The position numbers and the translations under genes are program-made. Below are positions 48,867-61,717 of a stretch of 64,000 nucleotides of DNA, in pieces (the stretch's first letter is position 1; the number at the start of each line of letters is the position of its first letter). The notes under the pieces were generated by a model. That model saw only the letters and a list, made by a program, of their open reading frames with translations, did no database searches and was not told the DNA's origin. The stretch lies in assembly GCF_009914755.1 (NCBI RefSeq), contig NC_060929.1; one strand, 5' to 3'. Origin of the DNA: the human T2T-CHM13v2.0 reference genome, Homo sapiens.

Positions 48867-48895
48867 ACTTACCCTTTCATCCACATGATGTCGCT
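48867..48895 (+). promoter_or_regulatory. PCDHA5 CSE/pCBS (48880-48895) with antisense 5' splice site (48867-48872)
   Basis: ACTTACCCT...TCCACATGATGTCGCT, 230 bp upstream of the ATG; the minus strand reads AGG|GTAAGT. Confidence 0.9.
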
Positions 48896-49109
48896 GGACA
48901 CCGGAAGGTTTTTCTCCCTTCCCAGCCTCAAAGGAATACAGTGAGTAGATTTTCCTTAGACAGAAAGGAAAAGAACCTTCCATTTTTGGCTGTGCCAAGA
49001 AGCTCAGAAAGGCGATAATATAAAAAATATATAGTTAATTGGGAATTGAATTTACAAAATACATTGTGTGGTGATGCAATAGAAAGCTCATAATTGGAAC
49101 GAGATTGAG

Positions 49110-51461
49110 ATGGTATATTCCCGGAGAGGAAGTCTGGGATCCCGGCTCCTGCTGCTCTGGCTTCTCCTTGCCTACTGGAAGGCAGGGAGCGGCCAGCTCC
49201 ACTACTCGATCCCGGAGGAAGCCAAACACGGAACCTTCGTTGGCCGCATCGCGCAGGACCTAGGGCTGGAGCTGGCGGAGCTGGTGCCGCGCCTGTTCCG
49301 GGTGGCGTCCAAGGGCCGCGGGGACCTTCTGGAGGTAAATCTGCAGAATGGCATTTTGTTTGTGAATTCTCGGATCGACCGGGAGGAGCTGTGCCGGCGG
49401 AGGGCGGAGTGCAGCATCCACCTGGAGGTGATCGTGGACAGGCCGCTGCAGGTTTTCCATGTGGAGGTGGCAGTGAAGGACATCAATGACAATCCGCCCA
49501 GGTTCTCCAGACAAGAACAAAGATTATTCATTTTAGAGTCAAGAATGCCAGATTCGCGGTTTCCGCTAGAGGGCGCGTCGGATTTGGATATTGGAGCAAA
49601 TGCACAATTGAGATACAGGTTAAATCCAAACGAATATTTTGACTTAGATGTTAAAACAAATGAAGAAGAAACGAACTTTTTAGAGCTGGTTTTGAGGAAA
49701 TCCTTAGATAGAGAAGAAACACAAGAACACCGTTTATTAGTGATTGCAACTGATGGAGGAAAACCCGAACTAACAGGTACAGTTCAGTTGTTGATCAATG
49801 TATTGGATGCTAATGATAACGCCCCAGAATTTGATAAATCCATTTATAATGTCAGATTGTTGGAAAATGCACCAAGTGGGACATTAGTTATTAAACTGAA
49901 CGCCTCAGATGCAGATGAGGGCATCAATAAGGAAATAGTGTATTTCTTTAGTAATCTTGTTCTTGACGATGTAAAGTCCAAATTTATAATTAATTCTAAT
50001 ACTGGTGAAATAAAAGTTAACGGGGAACTGGATTATGAAGACTATAACTCATATGAAATTAATATTGATGCCATGGATAAAAGTACATTCCCATTATCAG
50101 GACACTGTAAAGTAGTAGTGAAACTCCTGGATGTGAATGATAATACCCCAGAGATGGCCATAACCACCCTTTTCCTGCCTGTCAAAGAGGACGCTCCACT
50201 CAGCACGGTCATTGCTCTGATCAGCGTGTCTGACCGTGACTCAGGTGCCAACGGGCAGGTGACCTGCTCCCTAATGCCCCACGTTCCCTTCAAGCTGGTG
50301 TCCACCTTCAAGAATTACTACTCGTTGGTGCTGGACAGCGCCCTGGACCGCGAGAGCGTGTCGGTCTATGAGCTGGTGGTGACCGCGCGGGACGGGGGCT
50401 CGCCTTCGCTGTGGGCCACCGCCAGCGTGTCTGTGGAAGTGGCCGACGTGAACGACAACGCTCCGGCGTTCGCGCAGCCCCAGTATACCGTGTTCGTGAA
50501 GGAGAACAACCCGCCAGGCTGCCACATCTTCACGGTGTCTGCACGGGACGCGGACGCGCAGGAGAACGCCCTGGTGTCCTACTCGCTGGTGGAGCGGCGG
50601 GTGGGCGAGCGCCCGCTGTCGAGTTACGTTTCGGTGCACGCGGAGAGCGGCAAGGTGTACGCGCTGCAGCCGCTGGACCACGAGGAAGTGGAGCTGCTGC
50701 AGTTCCAGGTGAGCGCGCGCGACGCGGGCGTGCCGCCTCTGGGCAGCAACGTGACGCTGCAGGTGTTCGTGCTGGACGAGAACGACAACGCGCCGGCGCT
50801 GCTGGTGCCTCGAGTGGGTGGCACCGGCGGCGCAGTGAGCGAGCTGGTGCCGAGGTCAGTGGGTGCGGGCCACGTGGTGGCGAAGGTGCGCGCAGTGGAC
50901 CCTGATTCGGGCTACAACGCTTGGCTTTCGTATGAGCTGCAGCCAGCGCCTGGCAGTGCGCGCATCCCGTTCCGCGTGGGGCTGTACACAGGCGAGATCA
51001 GCACAACACGCTCTCTGGATGAGACCGAAGCACCGCGCCACCGCCTTCTGGTGCTGGTGAAGGACCATGGAGAGCCCCCGCTGACAGCCACAGCCACAGT
51101 GCTGGTGTCGCTGGTGGAAAGTGGCCAGGCGCCGAAGGCCTCATCGCGGGCGTCGGCGGGCGCTGTGGGTCCCGAGGCTGCCCTGGTGGATGTCAACGTG
51201 TACCTGATCATCGCCATCTGTGCGGTGTCCAGCCTGCTGGTGCTCACGCTGCTGCTGTACACCGCGCTGCGGTGCTCGGCGCAGCCCACCGAGGCCGTGT
51301 GCACACGGGGCAAGCCCACTCTGTTGTGCTCCAGCGCGGTGGGGAGCTGGTCGTACTCGCAGCAGAGGAGACAGAGGGTGTGCTCTGGGGAAGCTCCACC
51401 CAAAACAGACCTCATGGCCTTCAGTCCAAGCCTTCCTCAGGGTCCCACCTCTACAGACAAC
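49110..51461 (+). CDS. PCDHA5: Protocadherin alpha-5 variable exon (784 codons; read-through stop at 51560)
   Basis: [12 protein letters not shown]; six EC repeats and TM; donor AAC|GTGAGT. Confidence 0.96.
49563..49576 (+). promoter_or_regulatory. Exonic CTCF site (eCBS) of PCDHA5
   Basis: CCGCTAGAGGGCGC at +453 (the signal peptide is one codon shorter). Confidence 0.85.
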
Positions 51462-51784
51462 GTGAGTTTTCTAATATTAACATCCATCTTTCCCTCCCAA
51501 TTTTCAAATATTAAATGTCACATTCACCCACTTTTTTTGTATTTAAAAATTATGTCTTAGTACACAAATATTGTGGTACACAATTATTGCACTAATTCAT
51601 GTATTATATGCTTTTTATGAGGCTTTTCTGCTGGGGTAATAGATTCATCAGCTTTCTGTGATATTAAGTGTTTTTAAAATAATATTTTATATTAGCATTT
51701 GAATTTTGCATCTCTAAAAATGTAGGATAATAATTGTAAGACATAGTTTGGAGTCATTCTCAAAGTTTCAGTTTATGACTACAT

Positions 51785-52093
51785 GAAAATTTATTTTATT
51801 TTATTGTTATTTTTTAGAGACCCTTTGTTGCTTAGTCTGCAGTGATCTGATCATAGCTCACCGAAGCCTGAAACTCCTGGGCTCAAGTGATCCTCCTATC
51901 TCAGCCGCCCAAGTAGCTGGACTACATGCACATGCTAATTAAAGTTTTTTTTTTTTTTTTTTTTTTATTTTCTGTAGAGATAGGGGTCTTGCTACTTTGC
52001 CCAGGCTGGTCTTGAACTCCTGGTTTGAAGCCATGCTCCCGTCTCAGCCTCCCGAAGTACTAAGATTACAGGATTGAGCAAGAGTGCCTGGCC
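51785..52093 (-). mobile_element. AluJ
   Basis: Antisense Alu with GGGCTCAAGTGATCCTCC and an expanded central T tract. Confidence 0.8.
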
Positions 52094-52669
52094 TATAAAA
52101 ATGTTTTAACACCACCCTTCCAATTTTGCCTTTTTGTTTCTATTGAATTTAAATTAATTATTATTTTATTACACTAATTTAGTTTGTTTTCAATTGTATT
52201 TTTGCAGCATATGGTTTATTTCAACTTTGCCTAAGCAGTTCACCTGTATACCCATGATGAATTTGATAATTGTAATTTAAAAATTATATTTTTCATTTTA
52301 TTGATTTTTTGAATAGGAAACACATATACATGGTTTACTGTTCTAAAGGTGCAAAAGAATACAGTTAAATTTTCCCTTTCACCTCCTTCATGAAGCCAAA
52401 ACATTCTCTGGTATCCTTCTAGAGATTTTTTTCATATACAAATAAACTTCCCTACCCCCTTAAAAAACATATGAGTATTGATTTTAATCTTGCTTTTTTC
52501 ATTTACTAATGTATCTTGATGATCATGAATTATCATTACTGAAGTAGATTTGTTTTTCTTTTATCTGGATCTATGGTGTTCCATTGTGTAGGTATGTGAT
52601 TGGTTATTTTTCCCTTAACATTAACATTTAGTGGAACAATGATTTAATTTTCTGGAAATTTGCATATTT

Positions 52670-52789
52670 TTCAATATATCTAATATATATTAGATATATA
52701 AATATCTAAAATATCTAATATATATCTAATATATTATATATTTTATATAATATATATAATAAATATATAATAATAATATATATCAGATA
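52670..52789. repeat. AT-rich low-complexity / (TA)n-like tract at an Alu tail
   Basis: ATATATCTAATATATATTAGATATATAAATAT... Confidence 0.8.
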
Positions 52790-53055
52790 TTTTGATACAG
52801 AATTTTGCTCTTGTTGCCCAAACGAGTGCAATGGTACAATCTTGGCCTCCCAGGTTCAAGCGATTCTCCTGCCTTATCTTCCCAAGTAGCTGGGATTACA
52901 GGCATGTGCCCACACCTGGCTAATTTTTTGTATTTACTAGAGACGGGGTTTCACCATGTTGGTCATGGTGGTCTCGAACTCCTAATCTCAGGTGATTTAC
53001 CCGCCTCGGCCTCCCAAAGTGCTGGGATTGCAGGCATGAGCCATCGCGCCTGGCC
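52790..53055 (-). mobile_element. AluS (Sp/Sq-like) with a small internal deletion
   Basis: TTTTGCTCTTGTTGCCC...GGGATTGCAGGCATGAGCC. Confidence 0.82.
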
Positions 53056-55220
53056 TAAATTATTATATTGATGAGGAGTAACTGTGAATCTCCTCAGTTG
53101 TGCAAATTCTACTATATTTTGGTTGGGAAATTTTACTGCTTGTTGTTACTTTTAGATTAAAAAAATAAATATACCATGATACAAACTCCCCTCTTGAGTT
53201 GTTTACAAAGAGTTGTTTATTAAAGCTGTATGTTTGAGACTACGCTAGACAGGTGTCCTCTCCATCTGAAATAATGAGAACCATTTGTCTACTCTTTTGA
53301 GGGGAAAAGTATGGATTTATAGGTAGTAAATAGTCCACACTTTACATGATAAAATGTGAATTCCCTATTTCTGTTGCTTTGCCTGTTTCTTTTATTCTCA
53401 TATGCATTCAATTTTATAAGTACCCTTCTATCATGCTATTTATATATTCCTAATATCCTGAGCTACTTTGAGGAAGTCCTAGAAATTGAGAAATAGTTTT
53501 TGTCATTCTATAAATCTAAAGTTAACAATGGTCACATTTTAAAAAATCAAGTTTTGTGATATAAACTATTTATATATCTCTTTATATATCAAGTCTTTAT
53601 GTATATTTTGTGCAGCTTGTCTTTTTTATAGGAACCTCTTGTTTTGGGGATTGTTTTTGGTTAAGAAATTGAACCCTTTGTTTGCCCAAAATAACTGCAA
53701 TAGAAAGTCAGTGATAAGAACTACTAAATAGATCCAGGTTAATTATTTTAAGATAGAATTTCACATGGAAGAAAAGGCTTTGTGTCACAATCATCTGTGA
53801 GGCATTTTACTGTATATCAGAATTTTGGAGTAAGGTGAAGATGATCATGTCATTTGAAAAGTCTTATTGGTGACTCTATTTTTCTCCTTTGAAGGAGGGG
53901 TTTAATCACTTCAAATGGATAACATTAAGGTTAAATTAAGGGCGAAGTTGATATTTGGCCCTGACTTTTATATGAAGGTAACATTTTTGCAAGTAAATTG
54001 TAGACGTAATTAAAAAAACCCAGCTAAAACAAAGGTGGTATTGAGAAAGAGGAAGAGCAAGTGGTCTATATTGTCAGAAAAATAAGATTCATATTGGAGA
54101 GTAATTGAAAATAACCTGCAAAAAGTTGATTACCTAACATGTGATTACATATTAGGTTACTAGAAGTTTCTCAAGTGTCTTGCAATTTCTAGGTTTAGTA
54201 AAATTCAATGAAAGCTGTACTCATAAAGATAAATATGATAGCATGTGAAAGACAGATGGACTTAGGTGGATGTGGAATAAGGCAAGCCAGGGAAAAGGAG
54301 TAATTTAAAAAGTAATATAGGTGACATGGGAAATGCTCATGTCATTAAAAATATGAATTTAAAAATTTGAATTTGGGGATTATTAATAATTGCTCATGCC
54401 TTGCTATTTAACAAACTATTTTCTAGGAGTCAGCATGTATAGGTGAAAGTGACAATTAGAAACATAGAAAGAAGGGATGCAGATATGGATTTGTAAATAC
54501 CTCAATAAAAGTCTTATTCAAAACTTGGAAGTGAGTGAGAACAATTAAAGGAAAGGATATGGGACAGGGTTGAAGTTGAGAGAGAAAAACGAGATCATTT
54601 AGGAACAGCTGAAGAATCAAAAACAGCAAAGCACAATGGGTAGAAATTCCACTAGAATTTGAAGTGGTGAAGTATATGAAAAGAAAATATTTTAAGCAAG
54701 AATCCTAATATAAGCTGCAGATAAATTAAATGTGATAAAGAATATGCTCTAGAATTTTATCTTCCATCATTACACAGAAGAACCTTAAGAGCATCTGATA
54801 TTTATTGAACAAAGAAAGCATGGACTTCAATAATCTATAAGGCTTTAAAAATTCAACCAAAATTTGATAATTTTAAGTTACATTTTTTCCCTAGAGCACT
54901 ATATAATAGCATGTCCTAGGAAAGACAGATGTGGGCAAGTTTCTTTTCTACCAAGAGTGTAGAATAGTTTACATTTCTGATTTAAAAAGCAGTTCCGTTA
55001 ACACTTAAATTTGCTGAACTGGTTGATATTAATGTTGCAAATATTGGTAGAAAAGTTGTTTAGCTGTGAATAATTAGATCCCTTACTTTAAATTAATAAA
55101 AGAAGTCGGGATAACACTGACCGTGCAAATTACAAACGTGAGGAGGGTTTACTATAAAAGTAGAGAAAAGAAGATACTGTTTTAAAAATATATGGTATAG
55201 CACTGTTACGTGAATTGATT

Positions 55221-55250
55221 TCTTACCTTTTGGAGCCGCATGATGTCGCT
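55221..55250 (+). promoter_or_regulatory. PCDHA6 CSE/pCBS (55235-55250) with antisense 5' splice site (55221-55226)
   Basis: TCTTACCTT...GCCGCATGATGTCGCT; the minus strand reads AAG|GTAAGA. Confidence 0.9.
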
Positions 55251-55425
55251 GTCTACCATGAAGTTATAGCTAGCCAACATTCAAATTTCTTCTATTACTG
55301 CATCATTCCCTGACTGTTGAATGATGGCGGACGCAGAAGAAATGGATTAATAAATTCCGGAACATACAGTATTTTATCTTTATGCGGAAGATCTTCTAAT
55401 GGAAATAAAACCAGAGGTATTTGAC

Positions 55426-57819
55426 ATGGTGTTTACCCCGGAGGATAGATTGGGAAAGCAATGTCTGCTCCTCCCGCTTCTGCTCCTCGCAGCCTGGAAG
55501 GTGGGGAGCGGCCAGCTCCACTACTCCGTACCCGAGGAGGCCAAACACGGCACCTTCGTGGGCCGGATCGCGCAGGACCTGGGGCTGGAGCTGGCGGAGC
55601 TGGTGCCGCGCCTGTTCAGGATGGCCTCCAAAGACCGCGAGGACCTTCTGGAGGTAAATCTGCAGAATGGCATTTTGTTTGTGAATTCTCGGATCGACCG
55701 CGAGGAGCTGTGCGGGCGGAGCGCGGAGTGCAGCATCCACCTGGAGGTGATCGTGGACAGGCCGCTGCAGGTTTTCCATGTGGACGTGGAGGTGAGGGAC
55801 ATTAACGACAACCCGCCCTTGTTCCCGGTAGAGGAACAAAGAGTGCTGATTTACGAATCTAGGCTGCCAGATTCTGTGTTTCCACTGGAGGGCGCGTCCG
55901 ATGCAGATGTTGGCTCAAATTCCATCTTAACCTATAAACTCAGTTCTAGCGAATACTTCGGGCTAGATGTGAAAATAAACAGTGATGACAATAAACAAAT
56001 TGGGCTCTTATTAAAGAAATCCTTGGACAGAGAGGAAGCTCCTGCACACAACTTATTCCTGACAGCCACAGATGGGGGCAAACCTGAGCTCACAGGCACT
56101 GTTCAGCTGCTGGTCACAGTGCTGGATGTGAATGATAATGCTCCCACTTTCGAACAGTCTGAATACGAAGTAAGAATATTCGAAAATGCAGACAACGGAA
56201 CAACAGTTATCAGACTGAATGCTTCTGATCGGGATGAAGGAGCGAATGGGGCAATTTCATATTCTTTTAATAGCCTTGTTGCAGCCATGGTTATTGACCA
56301 CTTTAGCATAGATCGAAATACGGGAGAAATAGTGATTCGGGGTAATTTGGATTTTGAACAAGAAAACTTATACAAAATCCTCATTGACGCCACGGACAAA
56401 GGCCATCCTCCCATGGCGGGTCATTGCACCGTTTTAGTGAGAATTTTGGATAAAAATGATAACGTCCCTGAGATAGCACTGACTTCCTTATCCTTGCCTG
56501 TACGTGAAGACGCTCAATTTGGTACTGTCATCGCCCTAATTAGCGTGAACGACCTCGATTCAGGTGCCAACGGGCAGGTGAACTGCTCGCTGACGCCTCA
56601 CGTCCCTTTCAAGCTGGTGTCCACCTTCAAGAATTACTACTCGTTGGTGCTGGACAGTGCCCTGGACCGCGAGAGCGTGTCGGCCTATGAGTTGGTGGTA
56701 ACCGCGCGGGACGGGGGCTCGCCTTCGCTGTGGGCCACCGCCAGCTTGTCTGTGGAGGTGGCCGACATGAATGACAATGCTCCGGCGTTCGCGCAGCCCG
56801 AGTACACAGTGTTCGTGAAGGAGAACAACCCGCCGGGCTGCCACATCTTCACGGTGTCTGCGCGAGACGCGGACGCGCAGGAGAACGCGCTGGTGTCCTA
56901 CTCGCTGGTGGAGCGGCGGGTGGGCGAGCGCGCGTTGTCGAGCTACATTTCGGTGCACGCGGAGAGCGGCAAGGTGTACGCGCTGCAGCCGCTGGACCAC
57001 GAGGAGCTAGAGCTGCTGCAGTTTCAGGTGAGCGCGCGCGACGCGGGCGTGCCGCCTCTGGGCAGCAACGTGACGCTGCAGGTGTTCGTGCTGGACGAGA
57101 ACGACAACGCGCCGGCGCTGCTGGCGCCTCGGGTGGGTGGTACTGGTGGTGCAGTGAGCGAGCTGGTGCCGCGGTCACTGGGTGCAGGCCAAGTGGTGGC
57201 GAAGGTGCGCGCAGTTGACGCCGACTCAGGCTACAACGCGTGGCTTTCGTATGAGCTGCAGCCCCCGGCAAGCAGCGCTCGCTTCCCGTTTCGCGTGGGG
57301 CTGTACACGGGCGAGATCAGCACCACTCGTGTCCTGGACGAAGCGGACTCTCCGCGCCACCGGCTGCTGGTGCTGGTGAAAGACCACGGTGAGCCGGCGC
57401 TGACAGCGACGGCCACGGTTCTGGTGTCGCTGGTGGAGAGTGGCCAGGCTCCAAAGGCGTCATCACGGGCGTCGGTGGGCGCCGCGGGCCCAGAGGCGGC
57501 GCTGGTGGATGTCAACGTGTACCTGATCATCGCCATCTGCGCGGTATCCAGCCTGCTGGTCCTCACGCTACTGCTGTACACAGCGCTGCGGTGCTCGGCG
57601 CCACCCACCGAGGGCGCGTGCACGGCGGACAAGCCCACGCTGGTGTGCTCCAGCGCAGTGGGGAGCTGGTCGTACTCGCAGCAGAGGCGGCAGAGGGTGT
57701 GCTCCGGGGAGGGCCCACCCAAGATGGATCTCATGGCCTTTAGCCCCAGCCTTTCACCTTGTCCTATTATGATGGGTAAGGCGGAGAATCAGGATTTAAA
57801 TGAAGATCATGATGCCAAA
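55426..57819 (+). CDS. PCDHA6: Protocadherin alpha-6 variable exon (798 codons; read-through stop at 57837)
   Basis: [12 protein letters not shown] start (GACATGG Kozak context, aligned with paralog starts; an upstream in-frame ATG lies at 55399). Six EC repeats and TM. Donor AAA|GTAAGT. Confidence 0.95.
55882..55895 (+). promoter_or_regulatory. Exonic CTCF site (eCBS) of PCDHA6
   Basis: CCACTGGAGGGCGC at +456. Confidence 0.82.
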
Positions 57820-58695
57820 GTAAGTGAATTTTCATAATTAACAGTTAATTTTTATTTTAAATTTATAATTGTTTTCCTCATATTTGTCTTCTATATTTCT
57901 GTTTTTAATTTTTAATTAATTTTACAAAATTACATATTTTCATTTTATTGTGTTTCTTATTTTAATCTCTTTGCTTCTTTAATATTCATAATTTAAGTGA
58001 AATTAGAAATCACTGTCCACAATCTGCACCTCAGAATTTTTGTCTTCAAACCAAAATATTCTTGGATATGTCGTTTTCTGTTGCATTTTAATTCAGAATC
58101 ATAGTAGCATTTTTTTCTGATTAATTATATGGGATTTTCATTTGTTTGCCTTTGAGCTTTAGGATAATTTTTTTACATATACTCTTTTTTGATCATATAT
58201 TGAAATTTGAGCACCAGTGTATCACTTATGTTTTTACACTTTCCATTTCAATGTTTTTCTGTCGACACTTTTATTAAGCTAACGCTTTGATTTTATCCAT
58301 TTTGTGTAAGAACTCTGATCATCATAGTTTTTATCTGTGGTTCCCTTTTCAGACTTGTGATTCCGGGAGGCAATAGTGTTCATTTATTGTCCCCCTTTTA
58401 AACCATTGAGGAATAAAGGACAAAAACAATAGTTATCAGCCTGAATACTTCTGGTTGTTATGGTTATTGATTTATTTACTACCGATCTAAATAATGGAAA
58501 AATAGTGATTCAACAGAATTTAGACCTTGTGATCAAGTAAATTTATATGAAAACTGCATTCCTCTGGCATTGCGGCTCTCTTATTTCTGTTTGAATTTCA
58601 CTTGATGGTCTTCTCTTCATGGAGTCTAAATCTATTTCTTTGTATTAGTGTTTTCATTGTTTCTACACAGTAATTTAAACTATTCACTATTTTGT

Positions 58696-58996
58696 ATGTG
58701 TGTGTGTGTGTGTGACAGGGTCTTGCTCTGTCACCCATGCTGGAGTACAGTGGTGCAATAATGGCTCACTGCACCCTCGAATGCCTGGGCTCAAGTGATT
58801 CTCTCACCTCAGCCTCTGGAGTTACTACACACGAGCACCACCATGCCCCCCACCTTTTTTTTTTTTTTTTTTTTTTTTAAGAGATGGGGTTTCTCCATGT
58901 TGCCCAGGCTGGTCTCAAACTACTGGGTGCAAGTGATCTGCCCACCTTGGCCTCCCAAAGTACTAAGATTATAGGTGTGAGCCACTATGCTTGGCT
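58696..58996 (-). mobile_element. AluJ with (TG)n tail
   Basis: (TG)n followed by GACAGGGTCTTGCTCTGTCACCC...GGGCTCAAG...GTGAGCCAC. Confidence 0.82.
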
Positions 58997-61493
58997 AGTC
59001 ATTATTTCTTTGAATGAAAAGCAGCAAAAAGTAGTGATTAAGTGTGAGTTTTGGTGTTATCCTCCCTTGCCTAAATTTCATCGCTACCAATTTTGTTTTG
59101 TGGATGGATTGTTTCACCTCTATTTCAGTTTCTTCTGTAAAGTTGGAATGATAAACACTAGTTTCAATGATAGAATTGTCATAAAGCTTTAGTAAGTTGA
59201 TATTGTAAGGCGCTTATAACTGTGTTTGCCAAATAGCAAGTGCTTAAAAAATTTGCTACTAGTTTTCCGAAGAGGAAAAGAAAAACTTTATGTCATTTTA
59301 TGCTAGGAAACTCTCATTACGGATTCCATATTGTTTTCATTTTACGTAAAGATTGAATTTTTGTTATTCATAGTGAGGCCATAATTACCAATTTAATCTG
59401 AGATGTCTCTAACATTTTAAATGCCATGTTCTACATTAAAAGCAATTTAAAATGTGTGTTTCAAAGTTGAAAATTGAATTAAGACTTGGACAGTGGAAAA
59501 GTTTTATGAATTCAAAAGACATTTAACCTGCTGAGTCCTCAGTGATTTCCTGGAGTTGGTTTTGACTTTTTGTGTTGTCCATGTTCCCAGGAAATATTAG
59601 ACTACATTAAGCATGAATGGTGTATTTGCCCACATTTAAAAGTTGCTTAAGGGCCATTAGAGGACTGAGTTGTGGTTTGTGTTTCCTAATGTGAGCATTT
59701 TCCATTCTTGAAATGGCAGAAACTGGTAGTGGTATTTTCTGTTTTCTAAAAGAAGTACATGATAATTTTTAAGCGTGTAATTAATATTGCACTAAAATTT
59801 AAAAAAACTAACTCTACATACTTAAGAGTGGCAGAATTGTCTCTGATTATACTGAAGATCACCATTTGTGTAGCTAATGATATCTAACAGCCTCAAAACA
59901 GCATACTTTCTTAGGAAGTAGAGAACTATAGCGTTGCTAGTGAGTAAATGTTTTTTAAAAAGTTCCTAGGAGGGTCTTTAAGAGTATCACACTGTGCCTG
60001 CTGAGAATCATCGAATTAACAAGACCTGGCTTCAAATTTAATAGATAAATAAAGGTAAGTATCCTACATAAATACGATGATAGTAAAAGCAAGAATATTG
60101 TAAGAGGTGCTAGAAAGGTACATCATAGTGTTATTGGAATTGGAAAAAAATCTTTGCCTTTTTCCCTTGTTGAAGGAGACCGTGAAGAGTCATGATGTTT
60201 TACTGGTTATAAAATGGAAAGAGTTTTCCCTGGGAGAATATGGAGACTAACAGGTATTCATGAGAAGAGAGTAACTTAAGTGAGTATACAGAAAATTCCA
60301 AATGTACCTAGAAATGAGGAATAGTCCACTTTGGGTAAAGCACATGGTTCCCATAAGAGAGAGTGTGATATAAAGCAAGAAAAGTAATATGAGAAAAACC
60401 TTTTGTATAACTTTGAGTACTAGACGAGTAATTTTGACACTCTTCAAAGTCATTTGAAAGCTGTCAAAAAGTGTGAAGCAATACGAATAAAAAGTATTAA
60501 CGGAAGATGACTGCAAGGATTAAATGAAGGAGAATGAAATAGGAATGGACAGGTTACACAATAAGAAGCTACTGCAATACACCAGGAGAGCAGCAATTAT
60601 AAAAACTTATTTAGGAAAGCATCTGAATACAGACATAATTATTTTACATGCCATTGGGAACATTGGAGTGAAACATTCCAGAAAACGAACACAGTAAGGT
60701 AGATCCAAAAAGGATGAAATACCTCAAGACTTGATCAAAGGGCTGCTGTATGTGAGATGGCTGAGCACTGAAATTTATCTAATAAAATAAACTTACATTT
60801 TAAAAGAAATAATACAAATCATATTTGAGATTGTAAAAATAGGCATATATTCATAACACACAAGTGTTCGAAAGGATAGAATGAGGAAACAAATATAAAA
60901 TGATGAACTCCTGAAACAGTATATATAGATTCTGCTAAAGCAAAAAATTCAGAATACTTCCTCCTCAAAAAGTTCACATGATACAAATTCTTCCCCTTCA
61001 AAGATTCCCCAAACCTTCTCTTATTTTGTTTTCCCAAGAGAAGTGTCTGGATAGTTGCTAATGTTTCTTGCCTCCTAAAAAGAAAACACACACACACACA
61101 CCGCTTTCTAAGTTTCTCTTTCATCAATCAGTAGATTCTTGAGATCCTGGGTCCCTAAAAGAGTACAGGATTTTTCTTAACAAGCGATACTGAATCAAGA
61201 ATATGAAGTTTCCTGGGATCTAGATCAAAGGAATTTAAACTTGCAGTTGTTTAAATTCATGTTGTCACTTAGGTTTCTATCTTTATTTAAAACTGTGTGA
61301 AAAAAAAGTTTTTCTAAGGCATGAGGAAGCTACAGTTCTGGTAACACTGAGTATTCAAAAGCCATCAGTCGCCTAAGAATGCTTCTAACAATCATGAGAA
61401 ATGCTATTTTAACCTTTAACAACAATGAAGAAAAAAATTCAGAGTTTGAAATAAAACTTTTCATCTGATTAATAGTTTGTAATGGTTTGTAAT

Positions 61494-61525
61494 TCTTACT
61501 TACATGATGGCCACATGATGTCGCT
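61494..61525 (+). promoter_or_regulatory. PCDHA7 CSE/pCBS (61510-61525) with tandem antisense 5' splice sites (61494-61503)
   Basis: TCTTACTTACATGATGGCCACATGATGTCGCT, 208 bp upstream of the ATG. Confidence 0.9.
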
Positions 61526-61717
61526 CTTTACCGCAAATTCTTTCGTAATCAGCAAAAGGAAGTCATTCCTTTTCGCACTGGAAAGACGCTCCACTCTCTT
61601 TCACTCTTTGGATGCACAACAATGGCCACACATCGAGATTGAAATGAAGGGATAAAAACATTCCTATAAATTCGAAGGCAAGTTTTGCTGACTAGAAAAA
61701 CAAGCCAATAATTTGAA

